A stretch of 63,917 nt of DNA, filler included, from Pirum gemmata (GCA_002812295.1; 14 parts of 14 records of this genome joined end to end with filler, not necessarily neighbours in it), one strand, 5' to 3'. Shown: positions 1-12,573, numbered from the whole stretch's first letter. Translations and numbers: made by a program. The notes: generated by a model from the letters alone, not told the origin.

Positions 1-53
1 TATATTATTATCTGTTTATTTATTTATTTATTTATTTTATTTTTATTTATAAG

Positions 54-1592
54 AGGACTGGTTTACCTATTGGAGAACAAATTGTGCCCTTGCTTCTTGG
101 CATGCTTTCGAGACAAAGTCTTCTCAATACGATTTAGAAGATAAATGGCTGTTTATTGAAAAATGCAATAAATATAATGTTCCTGTTAGTCCAGTCATTC
201 GGGATGTTGATTCTATTGTGTGCAAAGACAGAAATGAAGAAGGAGGTAGGTTTGTTTACATAAAATCTTGCATCAAGTTATTATTTTTATGTTTGGGGTG
301 AAAATTAAACGCATTCGAATCTTCTCATCATCGCACGGCAGTTTTTACTTTCACGCTACAACTCACAGGCTTTTTTTTTTGTTTGTTTGTATCGGTTGTT
401 GTATATATATAAAGGTATGGGAATCTTTTTTTTTCAAAGTGTATTATATGGTGGTCAATGGATCATACAAAAGCGATTACATAATGACAAATTTGTCTCA
501 AATATGCTGCCCAAAAAATCACCATTGTCAACTATAAGAATTATCACAAAAAGCGAAAGTTTTGCTGCTGAAAACAATGGTGACAAGGATATTAAGGCTC
601 TTTCTGGGGTATTTCGTGCTGGACGTGAAAATGGATTGACTGATCATGATAGTAATGAATAATACAATAACGTGTTTTTGTTTAACTGCTCCTTTTTGTT
701 TTTTTCCTTTTGTTTTTTGTTTTTTGTTTTTTTTCTTTTGTTTTTTGTTTTTTGTATGATGGTAATCATGATATTGATGATAATAGTTATAATGGTGATA
801 ATGGTGATAATGGTGGTTCTTTTTAATACTATTGATTAATAATTTTATTATTATTATTATTATTATATTGTTAATTTATCCTGTCTTCTGAAACCGCATA
901 CCATATCCAACCATCTGGTTCAATAACACCCTTACATCCATTATAGCTCCAAACTTCTAATCTTCATACCATCTAATTCTAATAATTATACTCGGATTAT
1001 TGTAATTATCTTTAGGTGTTTTATTTGATATTGATCTTAGTACTGGAATCATCGGTAAAGCTACAACAAACGCCAATTGGTATCGTGTCAATGAATTTAA
1101 AAACAACTTTTCTGCGCTTTGGCAGTCATTATTGATATTGTTTTCTTCATCAGGAGCAACTCAAACTTCCAAACAGGTTTAGAAATATCACTCTTTGTTT
1201 TTTTAACTATTTTCTCATGTTTTTGTTGAACATGCTGTTTGTTAATTTTATTTTTATTTACTTTTTACTTTTTGTTAACCTTTTTTGTTTTTTGTTTTTT
1301 ATTATCCGAACAATAAATGCTTGTGCTTTTTATTTTTTACTTTCTTGGCATGTTTTTTACTATTCCTTTATCTATTTCATCCCTCCTTATAGCTCTTCTT
1401 TTTTTAGCCATACCTTAAATTTATTTTTTGACAATACTCTTACAATACTCTTACAATACTCAAATATCATAATTCCTATTATCTAGTTAAGAATGCTGGT
1501 GATGATAACGATACTAATAATAATGATGCTGTTATCGTTATCATTGTTGTTGTTTTTGTTGCTATTGTTGTTGTTGTTGCTGCTGTTGTTGC

Positions 1593-1633
<41 letters not shown>

Positions 1634-1946
1634 TCAGGACCCCGATTTTCTATATTCTAGGCATGACCTTTCTGTACATCCGGACAACCAAGCACCTATA
1701 TCTGGAAAGAAATTTGAAAATATTGAAGCTATGAAAGATTTATGTGTTTCTGCACATCGTGATTTAATACCCGATTTAACTTTGGCAGGTTGGGATGTGG
1801 CCTTGACTACTACTGGTATGTGTTTGTTGGAAGTAAATTTGTCTTGCAATTTCTTTAGAGGAACGTTTGATCAAAACGATTACTATGATTATTTGCATAG
1901 GCAGATTGTATATTTGGAAACAAGAAACGGTAATGTACATAAGTAA
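54..1946 (+). CDS. Sugar-transfer-associated ATP-grasp (alpha-L-glutamate ligase-like) protein, 5'-partial, 4 exons: 54-245, 415-651, 1016-1176, 1638-1946
   Basis: GT-AG junctions join in frame (phases 1,1,0) into about 298 aa: DWFTYWRTNC...EDKWLF...VCKDRNEEGGMGIFFF...WIIQKRLHN...PLSTIRIIT...VFRAGRENGLTDHDSVLFDIDLSTGIIG...HPDNQAPISGKKF...AHRDLIPDLTLAGWDVALTTTGMCLLEVN. STIRIIT, HPD..G and GWDVA..G..LLEVN are the ATPgrasp_ST-type motifs. Confidence 0.85.
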
Positions 1947-2066
1947 ACAGTATAGAATTATGAGGGGGGAGTTTAATTATTTTAATGTGCGTAAAGTAAA
2001 AGACAAAAGACTTATTCATTATATTATGTATTTATTTGATGCAATTTATTTTATTTGGCATTTTTT

Positions 2067-2308
2067 AAAAAAAAAATTAGCTATTGATTTAAAGAAATCC
2101 ACTTGTTGAAATTGAAGGTATTGAATAAACAATTTGAATTATCCACGGGGGCTACAAGTTATTCCTTTGAACAACATCTAACTATCGAAAAAAAAAATTA
2201 CCTATTGATTTAAAGAAATCCACTTGTTGAAATTGAAGGTATTGAATAAACATTTTGAATTATCCACGGGGGCTACAAGTTATTCCTTTGAACAACATCT
2301 AACTATCG
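2067..2308 (+). repeat. Tandem duplication, 2 x 121 bp
   Basis: attgatttaaagaaatccacttgttgaaattgaagg...gaacaacatctaactatcg occurs twice with about 2 mismatches. Confidence 0.9.
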
Positions 2309-2509
2309 TCTATTTCATTACAGTTGTCCTCTCAATCTTTAATTTGGTACTGTTTAAAAGTGTATAATTGAACTAGTTTATAAAATATAACATTAATTAA
2401 GTATAAAATACCAAATTAATTAAAACATGTCTGATAGTTTAACCATAATAATAACTTGGTACGTTTATTTCAGTTTTTGAACTGGACAACACTATTGAAA
2501 ATCACGATA
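2304..2509 (-). mobile_element. MITE family B (about 200 bp, TA-flanked, Tc1/mariner-like); other copies 31295-31498, 40143-40330 (partial), 46531-46729
   Basis: Terminal inverted repeats TATCGT(G/C)..TTTCA / TGAAA..ACGATA. The shared internal sequence gtccagttcaaaaactgaaataaacgtacc...gtaccaaattaaagattgagagg appears in 4 different contigs. Confidence 0.8.
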
Positions 2510-3024
2510 AGCATAAGTAGGTATCAATAGGCACCTTATTCTTTTTATAGCCCATTTCTTCGATTTTAAATAAAAACCCATTTTTCAGACTCAATCAAAG
2601 TCTCAGAAATATGTTTCACAGAACCAGAGCATACGTGCTGTATGTGAAGAAACTGTGAGTATCCGAGCACAGGACCAACTTAGTCATCACACCTTTTATA
2701 TAATATATAATTATATTATTTATATATGATAGGTTTTTGTTTGCGTGAATATTGGTATGATTTTGTAATCAATGATGATTAGTTATATATTTAGGATCTC
2801 CATCTATCTATATAGCTGTTTAACTATCTCGATACGTATTAGACCCCTGTCTATGTATATATCGTTCTTTTGTCCTTATACTTCCTTATCCATTTGACTC
2901 CAGTTGTGTTCAGTTAGTGAAAAAAAAAAAAAAAAAAAATTGACAGGTAGTATTGATGGTCAGTATTGATTTGAGTGAAAAACCAACCCAGGTCCCAGGC
3001 TACTCAAACAAAGACTAACGTCAA

Positions 3025-3274
3025 AATACAATAACAATAACAATAACAATAACAATAACAATAACAATAACAATAGCAATAACAATAACAATAAACAATA
3101 AACAATAAACAATAAACTATAATAACACAACAATAACAATAACAATAACAACAACAACAATAANATAACAATAACAACAACAACAATAACAATAACAATA
3201 ACAATAACAATAACAATAACAATAACAATAACAATAACAATAACAATAACAATAACAATAATAACAATAACAAT
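3025..3274 (+). repeat. (AACAAT)n microsatellite
   Basis: Direct reading; contains a single n. Confidence 0.95.
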
Positions 3275-3814
3275 TATGGTTTTTTTAAAGGTATCATATT
3301 ATAAGTGGTTGTAGTTATGTTGATTGTTTTAGTTGTTTTAGTTGTGATGAGTTTTCTAAAGTGATAAGGAAACATGATAAATAATGATACTTTTTTTCAT
3401 TTTTTATCCAGTTCAATGTTTTTGTTTTTAAAAAATTTAACCAGTAGAATGTTTTTTTTTTTACTGGAACTTTTTTTTTATTTTTTTTTATCACAATTAT
3501 AAAAAGAAATTTAAGGAATGTGAGTGGTCAATTTTGATTCTTTTTTGTTTTCATTTGGATATAATTTGGTGCCTCGCACACTAGATCTCTTCCTAAGTGG
3601 ACAGTCAAGTTTTGATTATTTACAAAAAAAAAAATTTTAAAAAAAAGTTAATTTTAAGGGATGTCGTGACGTCATTTTATTAACTCGAACAATTGCAGAT
3701 CGTTTGCTTTTTTTTTTTTTTTTTTGACTGCTCGAAGGAAAATGAGTTTTCTGAGTCTTCCATGTTTCTACCTTTGCTTTTTGGTTTAATTTGACTAGGA
3801 CTCTTTTCTAGCTA

Positions 3815-3966
3815 GGGAGCGTTTAATAATTACGTAACGCAAATTTGCGGCCAAAACCTACCCTACCCCCACTGTAACACTTTGTCACGTATGAGAAAGG
3901 CTAGTCACAAAAATCCGACCCCCCCCCTACCACCCCTCCCTGTTACGTAATTATTGCACGCTCCCC
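3815..3966. mobile_element. PIF/Harbinger (Tourist)-like MITE, about 150 bp; related right end at about 40030-40143
   Basis: TIRs GGGAGCGTTTAATAATTACGTAAC / GTTACGTAATTATTGCACGCTCCC with a C-rich interior. A related end, TGACGTATTATTTGAACGATCCCT, lies near 40120-40143. Confidence 0.7.
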
Positions 3967-4042
3967 TGCCTAGCTAGCTAGGACTCTTTTCTGGACTCTG
4001 GATTCTGGGACTATTCTGGGGCTCTTTTACTAAATTCTTTTA

Positions 4043-4235
4043 TATGGAGCAAACAATCTAAAAACGCCCTACTTTTTTTAACTATAATTTTTTATTTTTA
4101 TAAATCCCACCATTTTTTTTATGTATTTGAAAATTTCAATCTATTATTAAAAATATTTATTACTGCACTTATGTTCGAAAACTGAAAATTCTAGTGAAAC
4201 CCGAAAGTTGGACGTTTTTAAGTTATTTGCACTAT
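4043..4235 (+). mobile_element. MITE family D (about 180 bp, TA-flanked); second copy 53073-53245
   Basis: TIRs TATGG(G)TGCAAACAATCTAAAAACG / CGTTTTT.A.TT.TTTGCAC.AT; shared interior ttatgtt.gaaaactgaaaa...tgaaacccgaaag. Confidence 0.75.
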
Positions 4236-4330
4236 GTCATAATAATCAAACTCTTATCAAAATACATATGGTAGACTTTTAAGCCGCACTTACACAAGCT
4301 ACTTACACAGCATACACGCATACGCACACG

Positions 4331-4363
<33 letters not shown>

Positions 4364-4631
4364 ACACAATATATATATATATATCAATAGGTATATATAA
4401 ACAGCTATATAAACCATAACTATTTTTTTTTTTGAAACATAAATAAAATACATAGACTAATACTACATTATTATTGTTGTTTTATTATTATTANNNNNNN
4501 NNNNNNNNNNNNNNNNNNNNNNNNNNNNNNNNNNNNNTTAATTAATTAANNNNNNNNNNNNNNNNNNNNNNNNNNNNNNNNNNNNNNNNNNNNTAAGATC
4601 ATCATAAGATGGAATTGATGTTTGCTATTCC

Positions 4632-4880
4632 AACCCTAACCCTAGCCCTAACCCCTACCCCTAACCCTAACCCTAACCCTAACCCTAACCCTAACCCTAA
4701 CCCTTAACCCTAACCCTAACCCTACCCCTAACCCTAACCCTAACCCTAACCCTAACCCTAACCCTAACCCTTAACCCTAACCCTAACTATAACCCTAATT
4801 ATAATAACCCTAATTACAACCCAACCCCTACCCCTACTCCTACTCCTAACCCTAACCCTAATCCTAATTATAACCCTAAT
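4632..4880 (+). repeat. (CCCTAA)n telomere-type array with CCCTTAA/CCCTAC variants
   Basis: About 25 near-perfect units that degenerate to the right; begins about 38 bp after the contig start. Confidence 0.9.
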
Positions 4881-5837
4881 TATCTAGTTATAATTTACCC
4901 TATATTAATACTGTCTATTGCTTCTGTCGCATACATATATATATATATATAGGCGTGACATAGTCAAAAATATTTATATAGCATGAACTTTGATATATAA
5001 AGAACGATATATAAAGAGCTATGATATATAAAGAGCTATGATATATGTAAACATTTTAGTTCAGGTCATGTGTACACAGATTGTAGATTTTTCATGATTT
5101 TTCCAGGATTTTTCCTGACTTCCTTTTAGATTCCCTAGTTTCATTTTTCTAAGTTTAGATTTCGTTCCAGCCACTAATATTAGCTAATGTTTGTAACTTG
5201 ACACTTGTTTGCTTTTGTTTGTATCATATCATAGCTATTTTTTTTTTGCTTTTTTTTTCTTCTAAAGAATCTAAGGATGATTCTAAACAGACTACTTTTC
5301 TAGAAGTTTCTGATTTCCCAGCGATTGGTGAAAACTTTCAAAAAAAATAATGATAATAAAAAGAGCCAATCCGCCACATTAAAATAATTTCATAATATTC
5401 TGTAGTGAATCTAAAGATTCTACACACCTTTTTCGCCTTTTTCACTAATAATGCATACTAAACCCTTTTCACTGTCATATCCTTAGTTGTTAATGCCATG
5501 TACATTTGGAAAATACTAACAAATTTAAATTATTACTTAACGCACTGAATTTGTAAAATGCTACTAATTTAATTAATTAAGAGACTACATATTTGGCAAG
5601 TTTAAACGAAGCTAGGCTGATTTGAAGTTCTATATGGCAACAATTGTATTATTTATAAGTCATACCCGTTAACGTTTGTAATTTAAATTGACAAGAAAAG
5701 TTGTATTAATAAATATCATGATCACCACCAAACAAGCCACGTACACACTCAAAATAATTATATATACTAGTACTATATATGTAATTATTATTATTAATAT
5801 ATATCATTGTTATTGTTATTATGTTATAATATTATTA

Positions 5838-5868
<31 letters not shown>

Positions 5869-6704
5869 GTTAATTAACGTTGTTATTATAATATATATTG
5901 TTTTTTAAATATTATTATCTTTATTAAATAATAATATAATATAATAATAATATAATAAGTATTAATATTAATTATATTATAATTATTGAATATATTATTA
6001 ATTATACATTGATTTCGATAAAAATATCGGCAGATTCAAACGCAAACAAAGATAAAACGAACCCCCCCCCCACACATAAAAATCAAATTAATCCAAAAAA
6101 CAAAAACGACATATAATACAAAAATAATAAAATATTATAATGAATATTTAAAAAGCAATTCAAATAAAAGGGCTACAGAAGAAAGGAAAATCAATCTATA
6201 TAGCTAGTAGTAGTAGGTATTAAAAGCTACTCTCCTCGAATCGAATTAGAAAATTTATAAGAAACGAATGTCAATTAACGCACTAATTATAAATACAACG
6301 TTAACGTTAACGATAAAAATGGCCCTAGCCCCTTTTTGATTTACTTGAAAGAGTAAACCTAAATATAACCAACACCTTAATGGCAACTAAAACTTAAAAT
6401 TACACGCATACGTGAACAGAACTTGCTGTGCACGACCAGCATCTTTTACATGTACTACATACCTTTGATTAAAAATTTACAAAAAAAACTAAAGTTATGT
6501 ATATAGTGTCGAAAAACCGAAAATTAGCTTAGAGATATAATACTAGCTAGTTAGCTTAAAATCCCTTTTAAAATTAACACTTTTTTAATTAACCCTAGCC
6601 TTCAAGCGGGTCTTTTTTTAATTTTTTAGTCTATAAAATATTTTTAAGGCTTTTAAACATTCTGATTGGATAATCTTTGTCAAATTTTTTTTTTTTTTTA
6701 AAAA

Positions 6705-7020
6705 AGACTTTGTGGTTTTAACTGGATAAATAATAAAACACCATAAAAAGCCAATTAATAACCAAATTAAGTAAATATAAGACTTTTCACCATATTTACT
6801 ATGATTTAACTAGTAAAATACCATAAAAGCCAAATAATAACCAAATTAAGTAAACTTTAAGACTTTTCACTAGGTATATTTAGTAAAATAAATTAAGACT
6901 CTACGGTTTTACCTGGATAAAATAATAAAAATATCATAAAAAGCCAATTAATAACCAAATTAAGCAAAAATAAGACTTTTTCATCATATTTAGTAATATA
7001 AAACATAAAAATAAGACTTT
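6705..7020 (+). repeat. Degenerate tandem repeat, about 3 x 95-100 bp
   Basis: The core ataaaaagccaattaataaccaaattaag...taagactttt recurs at about 6743, 6823 and 6936. Confidence 0.8.
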
Positions 7021-7617
7021 GAAATCCTATTTTTAAAAGACACCTGGATTTCTTATTTACGTAGATAGCACGCCAGCACAGTGCCAGCACGTCCCTCTCA
7101 AATTCGAAAAATAGACTAGTCTAGACTGTGAAAAACAAGCCTAGAAAAACAAGCTCTCTAGTAGCTAGTAGCTACTACTAGTAGCTACTAGCTAGCTAGG
7201 TTTACGTGCTCAAAGTGCTCAAATAGAGTTCAAATATGTTCAAATAGACTATCTGAAATATCTCAAATATGTTAACCGTTTTTTTCGAGTTTTTCTTTGT
7301 TGTGAGTCTCAAAAAGAAGCCAAATTATTATATTACATATTTAATAGATACAAATTAAGTAATTTGACATATTACTTTTAAAATTATTATTTGTATAAAA
7401 AACACCAATTTTAAATTTCAGTATAGCAAATAAAGGATAAAAAAATAAAATCAATCAAAATTTCCCTAGAATCATTTCCCGAAATAAGTTTCAAATAACT
7501 GATAAGAAATTTTCAGAAAAAAAATATCGATAATTATTATTTATAATAGTATATAGTATGACATAATCAGATAATAAAAGTTATCATTAAAAGTTAGCAT
7601 TTGTTGGCATTTGTCGA

Positions 7618-8540
7618 ATGATGGAAGAATGGGAAGTTATCACGAAGGTAACGTTCAAACGAAACTCTGGTATTATCAATAAAAACATTCACGACAATAA
7701 TGATGGAAATAATAATAATAATGATGATAGTAATGTAAAAAAAAGCAATTGTGTTAGTAGTTCGAGTAAAACTAACAGTAACAATGATCAAAATGAAGAT
7801 CTTAAAAAAAGTAAATGTAAAGTGAATAAAAAAAATGTAAAATCGTTGTCAATGGATAACATTGCAATCGCAAGTGGTTCTAATACGAATGTAGCAGATG
7901 GTTGTAATAATATAAGCAGTGGCAGCAACAGTGATTTAGAGATTAACGAGGGATATAAAACGCAAGTTGAAAATTTAAAAAAGAAGCAGAAATCTGTACG
8001 AAAATTGAAAACTGAAATTTTGGAACTCATTTCAGTATCTCCCTCTAATAAAAAGAAAAAGCAACAACAGCAACAGCAAATTCCTAAAATAACGAAGGCT
8101 AAACTACAAATCAATTTTGACGATGACGATTACTCTCTTATTGATATTGTCTCAGAGTTCGATGAATTTGAGTATAATATCATACAAATGAGCCACAGTG
8201 CTAATAATAACGACGATAGCAATATAAACAATATTAATAACACTAGTGACAACGTTAATAACAATAATGACAATAATAGTAACGATGATAACGATAAGAC
8301 CCATAGTGAAAGGCAAACAACTGATACTACAGAATCAAAATTATCTAGTGGTAGTAGTGAAGACTTTTTCTTTGACAACGATTTTTTTGAGAAATTAGAA
8401 GAGCACAGGAATAGACGCTCACGCGTAGAAGGTGATTGGGAATATGTATTGCATAAAGATTTCAAAATCTATGACAATGACGTTCAAGCTTATAAAGATT
8501 CAAGGTATTTTCACTGTTGTCTTTATTATTATTATTGTTA

Positions 8541-8581
<41 letters not shown>

Positions 8582-8857
8582 ATATTAATTATTATTAATT
8601 ATTATTATTATTTATTATTATTATTATTTACCATGTTCTAGGTAAATATGATTCTTTAGTTGAGAACACTAAATCAAATAATCCACGAAGTAATATCATT
8701 GATGAGAAAATTAATAGCCCGGTTAAGTCTCAAAAAAGAGGGCAACCTTGTTCAACATCCTTAGCAGCTCGAAAAAACAAACGGAGTAGAAAAACTTCGA
8801 TCGATCATGGATCTCAATTACAATATATACAAGATAGCAGTTCGAGTTCCGATTGTG
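7618..8857 (+). CDS. Low-complexity N/K/D/S-rich protein of unknown function, N-terminal exons (about 7618-8430/8504 and 8642-8857), 3'-partial
   Basis: About 290 codons of open frame with protein-like composition, followed by an (ATT)n intron-like tract and a second open exon (KYDSLVENTK...SSSDC) bounded by ctag| and |gtaa. The exact first donor is uncertain: the phase-1 site GAAG|GTGATT near 8431 fits, the 8505 site does not. Confidence 0.55.
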
Positions 8858-9369
8858 GTAATTTTTGTGAAAAAAAAAAGTAGAATAGTGTGCAATTTTC
8901 AGAGAATGTATTTGCGTTTTGTTTGTTTGTTGGTCTTTTTTTGTTTGTTTTGTTTGTTTTGTTTTGTTTTGTTTTGTTTTGTTTGTTTGTTTGCTTGCTT
9001 GTTTGTTTGTTTATTATTATTATTNNNNNNNNNNNNNNNNNNNNNNNNNNNNNNNNNNNNNNNNNNNNTTAATTAATTAANNNNNNNNNNNNNNNNNNNN
9101 NNNNNNNNNNNNNNNNNNNNNNNNATAATAATAACAATAATAATAATAAAAATCATAAAAAATACAATTATTATGTTTTCGTTTCTGATTACCATTACCA
9201 TTACCATTACTATCGCTATTGTACTTGAAATTACAATAGTTGTGTGTATTTTGGGAGTTTTAAAATATCAATATTATTATCATTTTAATCTTGTTGTTAG
9301 CATCATTATTGTTATTAAGCAAGTTATTCGTTATATTATATTCGTAACCATGGCCACAATCATAATCAT

Positions 9370-9570
9370 AGCCATAACCATAGCCATAACCGTAGCCATA
9401 ACCGTAGCCATAACCGTAGCCATAACCATAGCCATAACCATCACCATCGCCATCACATCACCATCGCCATAACCATAACCATAACCATAATCATAACAAT
9501 AACCATAACCATAAATATTACCATAACCGCAATCATAGCCATAACCATAACCATCACTATAACCATAGCC
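9370..9570 (+). repeat. (ACCATA/GCCATA)n hexamer microsatellite
   Basis: Direct reading. Confidence 0.85.
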
Positions 9571-9967
9571 ATTCATAATAATAGCTATCTTTCATTACCA
9601 TTGCAATTTTTATTCTGATTCTGAATTTTGATTCTGACTTTGATTACCACCACTATTACTATTTTGATTCTGACTTTGATTACCACCACTATTACCATTA
9701 CTTTTTCTATTGTAATTATCATTTCTATCGACTTTTTGTGCTTACTTTTGTTTTCTAATATAATATTAATTGTAAATCACTGCAATTATCAATATAAAAG
9801 TTATTGAACCTGTTATTATCATTACTAGTATACTTACGGTTTTATTGTCTCCTAAATTTCCTTTATTATTATTATTATTATTTATTTTTCCCTTATTATT
9901 TATTTTTCCTGATCATAGAATATAATATAATATAATATTAATTTTTTATTTCCAATCCCCTAACCTT

Positions 9968-9998
<31 letters not shown>

Positions 9999-10014
9999 AA
10001 TTTTAAAAAAATTA

Positions 10015-10048
<34 letters not shown>

Positions 10049-10072
10049 TAAAATAAAATTCAACGAATTTAG

Positions 10073-10387
10073 AATCAACTTTCTGTAGCTTCCATGATAG
10101 CTCCCAGTCCTGACTGGTTTGTAGGAATATATGGTGTGCAGTTGTGTGATTTTCAAACAGGTACTTGGAAACGAAACCCTTTAACAGATAAACCTTTATT
10201 TGCTTTCAGTAGTGGGTCTGACTTGGGTGTTACCTTTAAGTTTAAAACTGGTCAAGACGAAGCATCCCCGCAAAAAAACATATTTCAATTAGACGCAACT
10301 CACCCTAATGATGTGAATTCTGCCTTTTACGATTCAACTCCAAAACCATTCGGAAAAGCGAATATAGAGAAAGTAGAGAAAGTTTAA
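10073..10387 (+). CDS. Terminal exon encoding the C-terminal half of a Spondin_N (F-spondin/mindin-type) domain
   Basis: Acceptor tttag| followed in frame by NQLSVASMIAPSPDWFVGIYGVQLCD...W...LFAFSSGSDLGVTF, matching the Spondin_N signature MIAPSPDWFVG...LC....W...DAGTDSG.TF. Ends at TAA. Confidence 0.85.
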   Translation, partial: NQLSVASMIAPSPDWFVGIYGVQLCDFQTGTWKRNPLTDKPLFAFSSGSDLGVTFKFKTGQDEASPQKNIFQLDATHPNDVNSAFYDSTPKPFGKANIEKVEKV

Positions 10388-10898
10388 TTTTTTTTGTTTT
10401 TTGTTTTTTATTTTTTGTATTTTAGGGTTAGTAGGGGGCTGGTTTTGGTTTTGGTTTTGGTTAGGGTTAGTGTTATTTTAGCTGTAGGTTTTGGTAAAAT
10501 TCCCCCAAAGGAGCTCGAGGTATCTAACTTCCCTGCAAAAAATCGGCACATACTAGTATGATACAGCTTATGATACTACTACTCCCGCATGTGATTAATT
10601 TTCTGATATTACTTACACCGTGCCTGGCCAAACCCTGCATTTTAATAATTGCCCCATTATTTGTAAACAGGGAAACTAAAATTTTAGGGTACCACAAAAA
10701 CAACCTTTTAAAAGTATGCATAGGCGAAATTCGCAAAATAGCTTTCAGAATGATTAGTAAATCACTGTAGTAAACCACCAAATAAATAGGTAGACACAGC
10801 CTGTAGTAGAAGCAGTTAGACTTGCGCTGGTGTGCTGGGGTGACAATTATTTTTCTGTTTTCGACAACACACTATTACATCTATAGACTATCATTTGA

Positions 10899-11073
10899 AT
10901 GCTTTTCGGTTGTTTTGTCATCATAAAATATAAATCCTAGAATATAAATCCATTTTTAATTTAATTAATTTGCTATATTTTATTATCTATTTATTCCTTT
11001 AAAAATGTCAATTTAAAGGTTGTAACCTACCAAACAAATATGCAGGGTGACAAAATAAATGAAAAGCACAATA
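10899..11073 (-). mobile_element. MITE family C (about 190 bp, TA-flanked, Tc1/mariner-like); other copies 13659-13732, 53279-53476, 57579-57759, 58491-58680, 60969-61158, 62365-62500
   Basis: TIRs TA(T)(C/A)GTGCTTTTCA / TGAAAAGCAC(G/T)ATA; conserved interior catttattttgtcac...gataataaaatataccaaattaa...tgatgacaaaacaactg in 5 contigs. Confidence 0.85.
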
Positions 11074-11471
11074 TATATATCATAATAATAATATCGAGGT
11101 CATTTAGTCTACAGAGGTCATTTGTCAGGGTCATTTATATTTGTAAACATAGTACTCTAGACTAGCGTGTATTGAATACTCTAGCTAGCTAGACAAGAGC
11201 ACTACAAGAGCACTGTAAATAATTTTTATAATGTGTTTGGCAAAGAGTCTTGGGCAAAGAGTTCAATATTTTTTTTTCTTGAACTCCTTGATTATTGGTC
11301 AAAACAAAACAAAAACAAAAACAAAAAAATAAAGGTGAACAAAAAAGAACCTAGAAACTTAGCTACCCAGTAGTAGTCTAGAAACTTAGTTATGATAGTA
11401 TCATACCGGGTACTATAGAAACTCCAGAGATAGAAAGTATTAGAAACTTATCAAAATTCTAATGTAAGCTA

Positions 11472-11537
<66 letters not shown>

Positions 11538-11685
11538 TTTACAATTTTCAACAAGCAATTTTAAACGATGTGCAATTAATGCTTTATAGTAGTTATTGTA
11601 AGATTTCTAAAATGCCCAGTTTAAAAATATCAATTAAAAGTCGAGTTTATTTTATGCTAGTTTATTTATTTTATGAGACTTTTCT

Positions 11686-11819
11686 AAAGGACGTCACCTA
11701 ATCTTACCTATGCCTCTTTGTTCAAAACACTGTTNTACTGCCTAAAACAGTTTAAGTCACACTTTCGAGCAATGACTTCTATCAAAGAATAAGTGACGTC
11801 CTTTATGAATGTTCCCTTA
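11686..11819 (+). mobile_element. Harbinger/Tourist-like MITE family E; fuller copy at 39683-39867 (opposite strand), scrambled fragment 11949-12050
   Basis: TIR GGGAA(C/T)ATTCATAAAGGACGTCAC. The 39683-39867 copy has TTA on both sides, the 3-bp TWA TSD typical of PIF/Harbinger. Confidence 0.75.
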
Positions 11820-12507
11820 TACGAAAGTGGTAAAATGTATAATCTAATAGTCTCCCACGCCCCAACCAGACGGAGAAAATTAAATTTTATGTAAAATATA
11901 ATATTATAATAATAAAAAATAAAAAAAAAAAATAATAAAAAAAAAAATTAAGTGACGTCCTTTATGAATGTTCCCTAAAACAGTTTAAGTCACACTTTCG
12001 AGCAATGACTTCTATCAAAGAATAAGTGAGTCTTAAAGTGACGTCCTTCATTAAATTTTATATTGTTTGTTTTATTATAAATAAAAATGATATTATAGTC
12101 TACCTAGCTAGAGACTAGCTCTAGTAGTAAACGACTCTACAGTAGCTAGGTTGTAGGAGGGCTGAAAAAAGGCTGAAAAGATGAAAGGCTTGCGGTTTTG
12201 TTTTTTTTGTTTGTTTTGCTTGTTTTTTTAAAAGTTGTTTTGCTTGTTATAATTTGTAAGAAGAAGAAGAACAACAAGAACACCACACATCATCCACATC
12301 ATCATCATCATCCTCATAGTATCATCATCATCATCCTCATAGTATCATCATCATCATCTCATAGTATCATCATCATCATCCTCATAGTATCATCATCATC
12401 ATCCTCATAGACTCATAGTATCATCATCATCAACTATCGATACTATGAATCTATGATAATATGATACATCATACAAGCTAGTACCTAGAAGCTACCACAA
12501 CATTGGT

Positions 12508-12573
<66 letters not shown>

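Noticed and set aside
2960..3273. Poly-Leu, poly-Cys/Tyr, poly-Met, poly-Ile and similar ORFs (also 9173-9576, 18174-18662, 24486-24752, 27693-28073, 37303-37688, 47235-47504, 52583-52925, 53636-54145, 63510-63877)
   Set aside because: They are translations of microsatellites or homopolymers with no independent coding signal.
4538..4549. Recurring TTAATTAATTAA palindrome about every 4.5 kb
   Set aside because: It is a synthetic six-frame-stop linker centred in N runs, not biological.
7558..7617. Upstream in-frame ATG with two TAA codons before the 7618 ORF, and in-frame TGA codons elsewhere, as a hint of stop-codon reassignment
   Set aside because: Well-supported genes here end in TAA or TAG, use TGG for Trp and CAA/CAG for Gln, and have no internal stops. 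The TGA cases sit in sequences that also have frameshifts or truncations.
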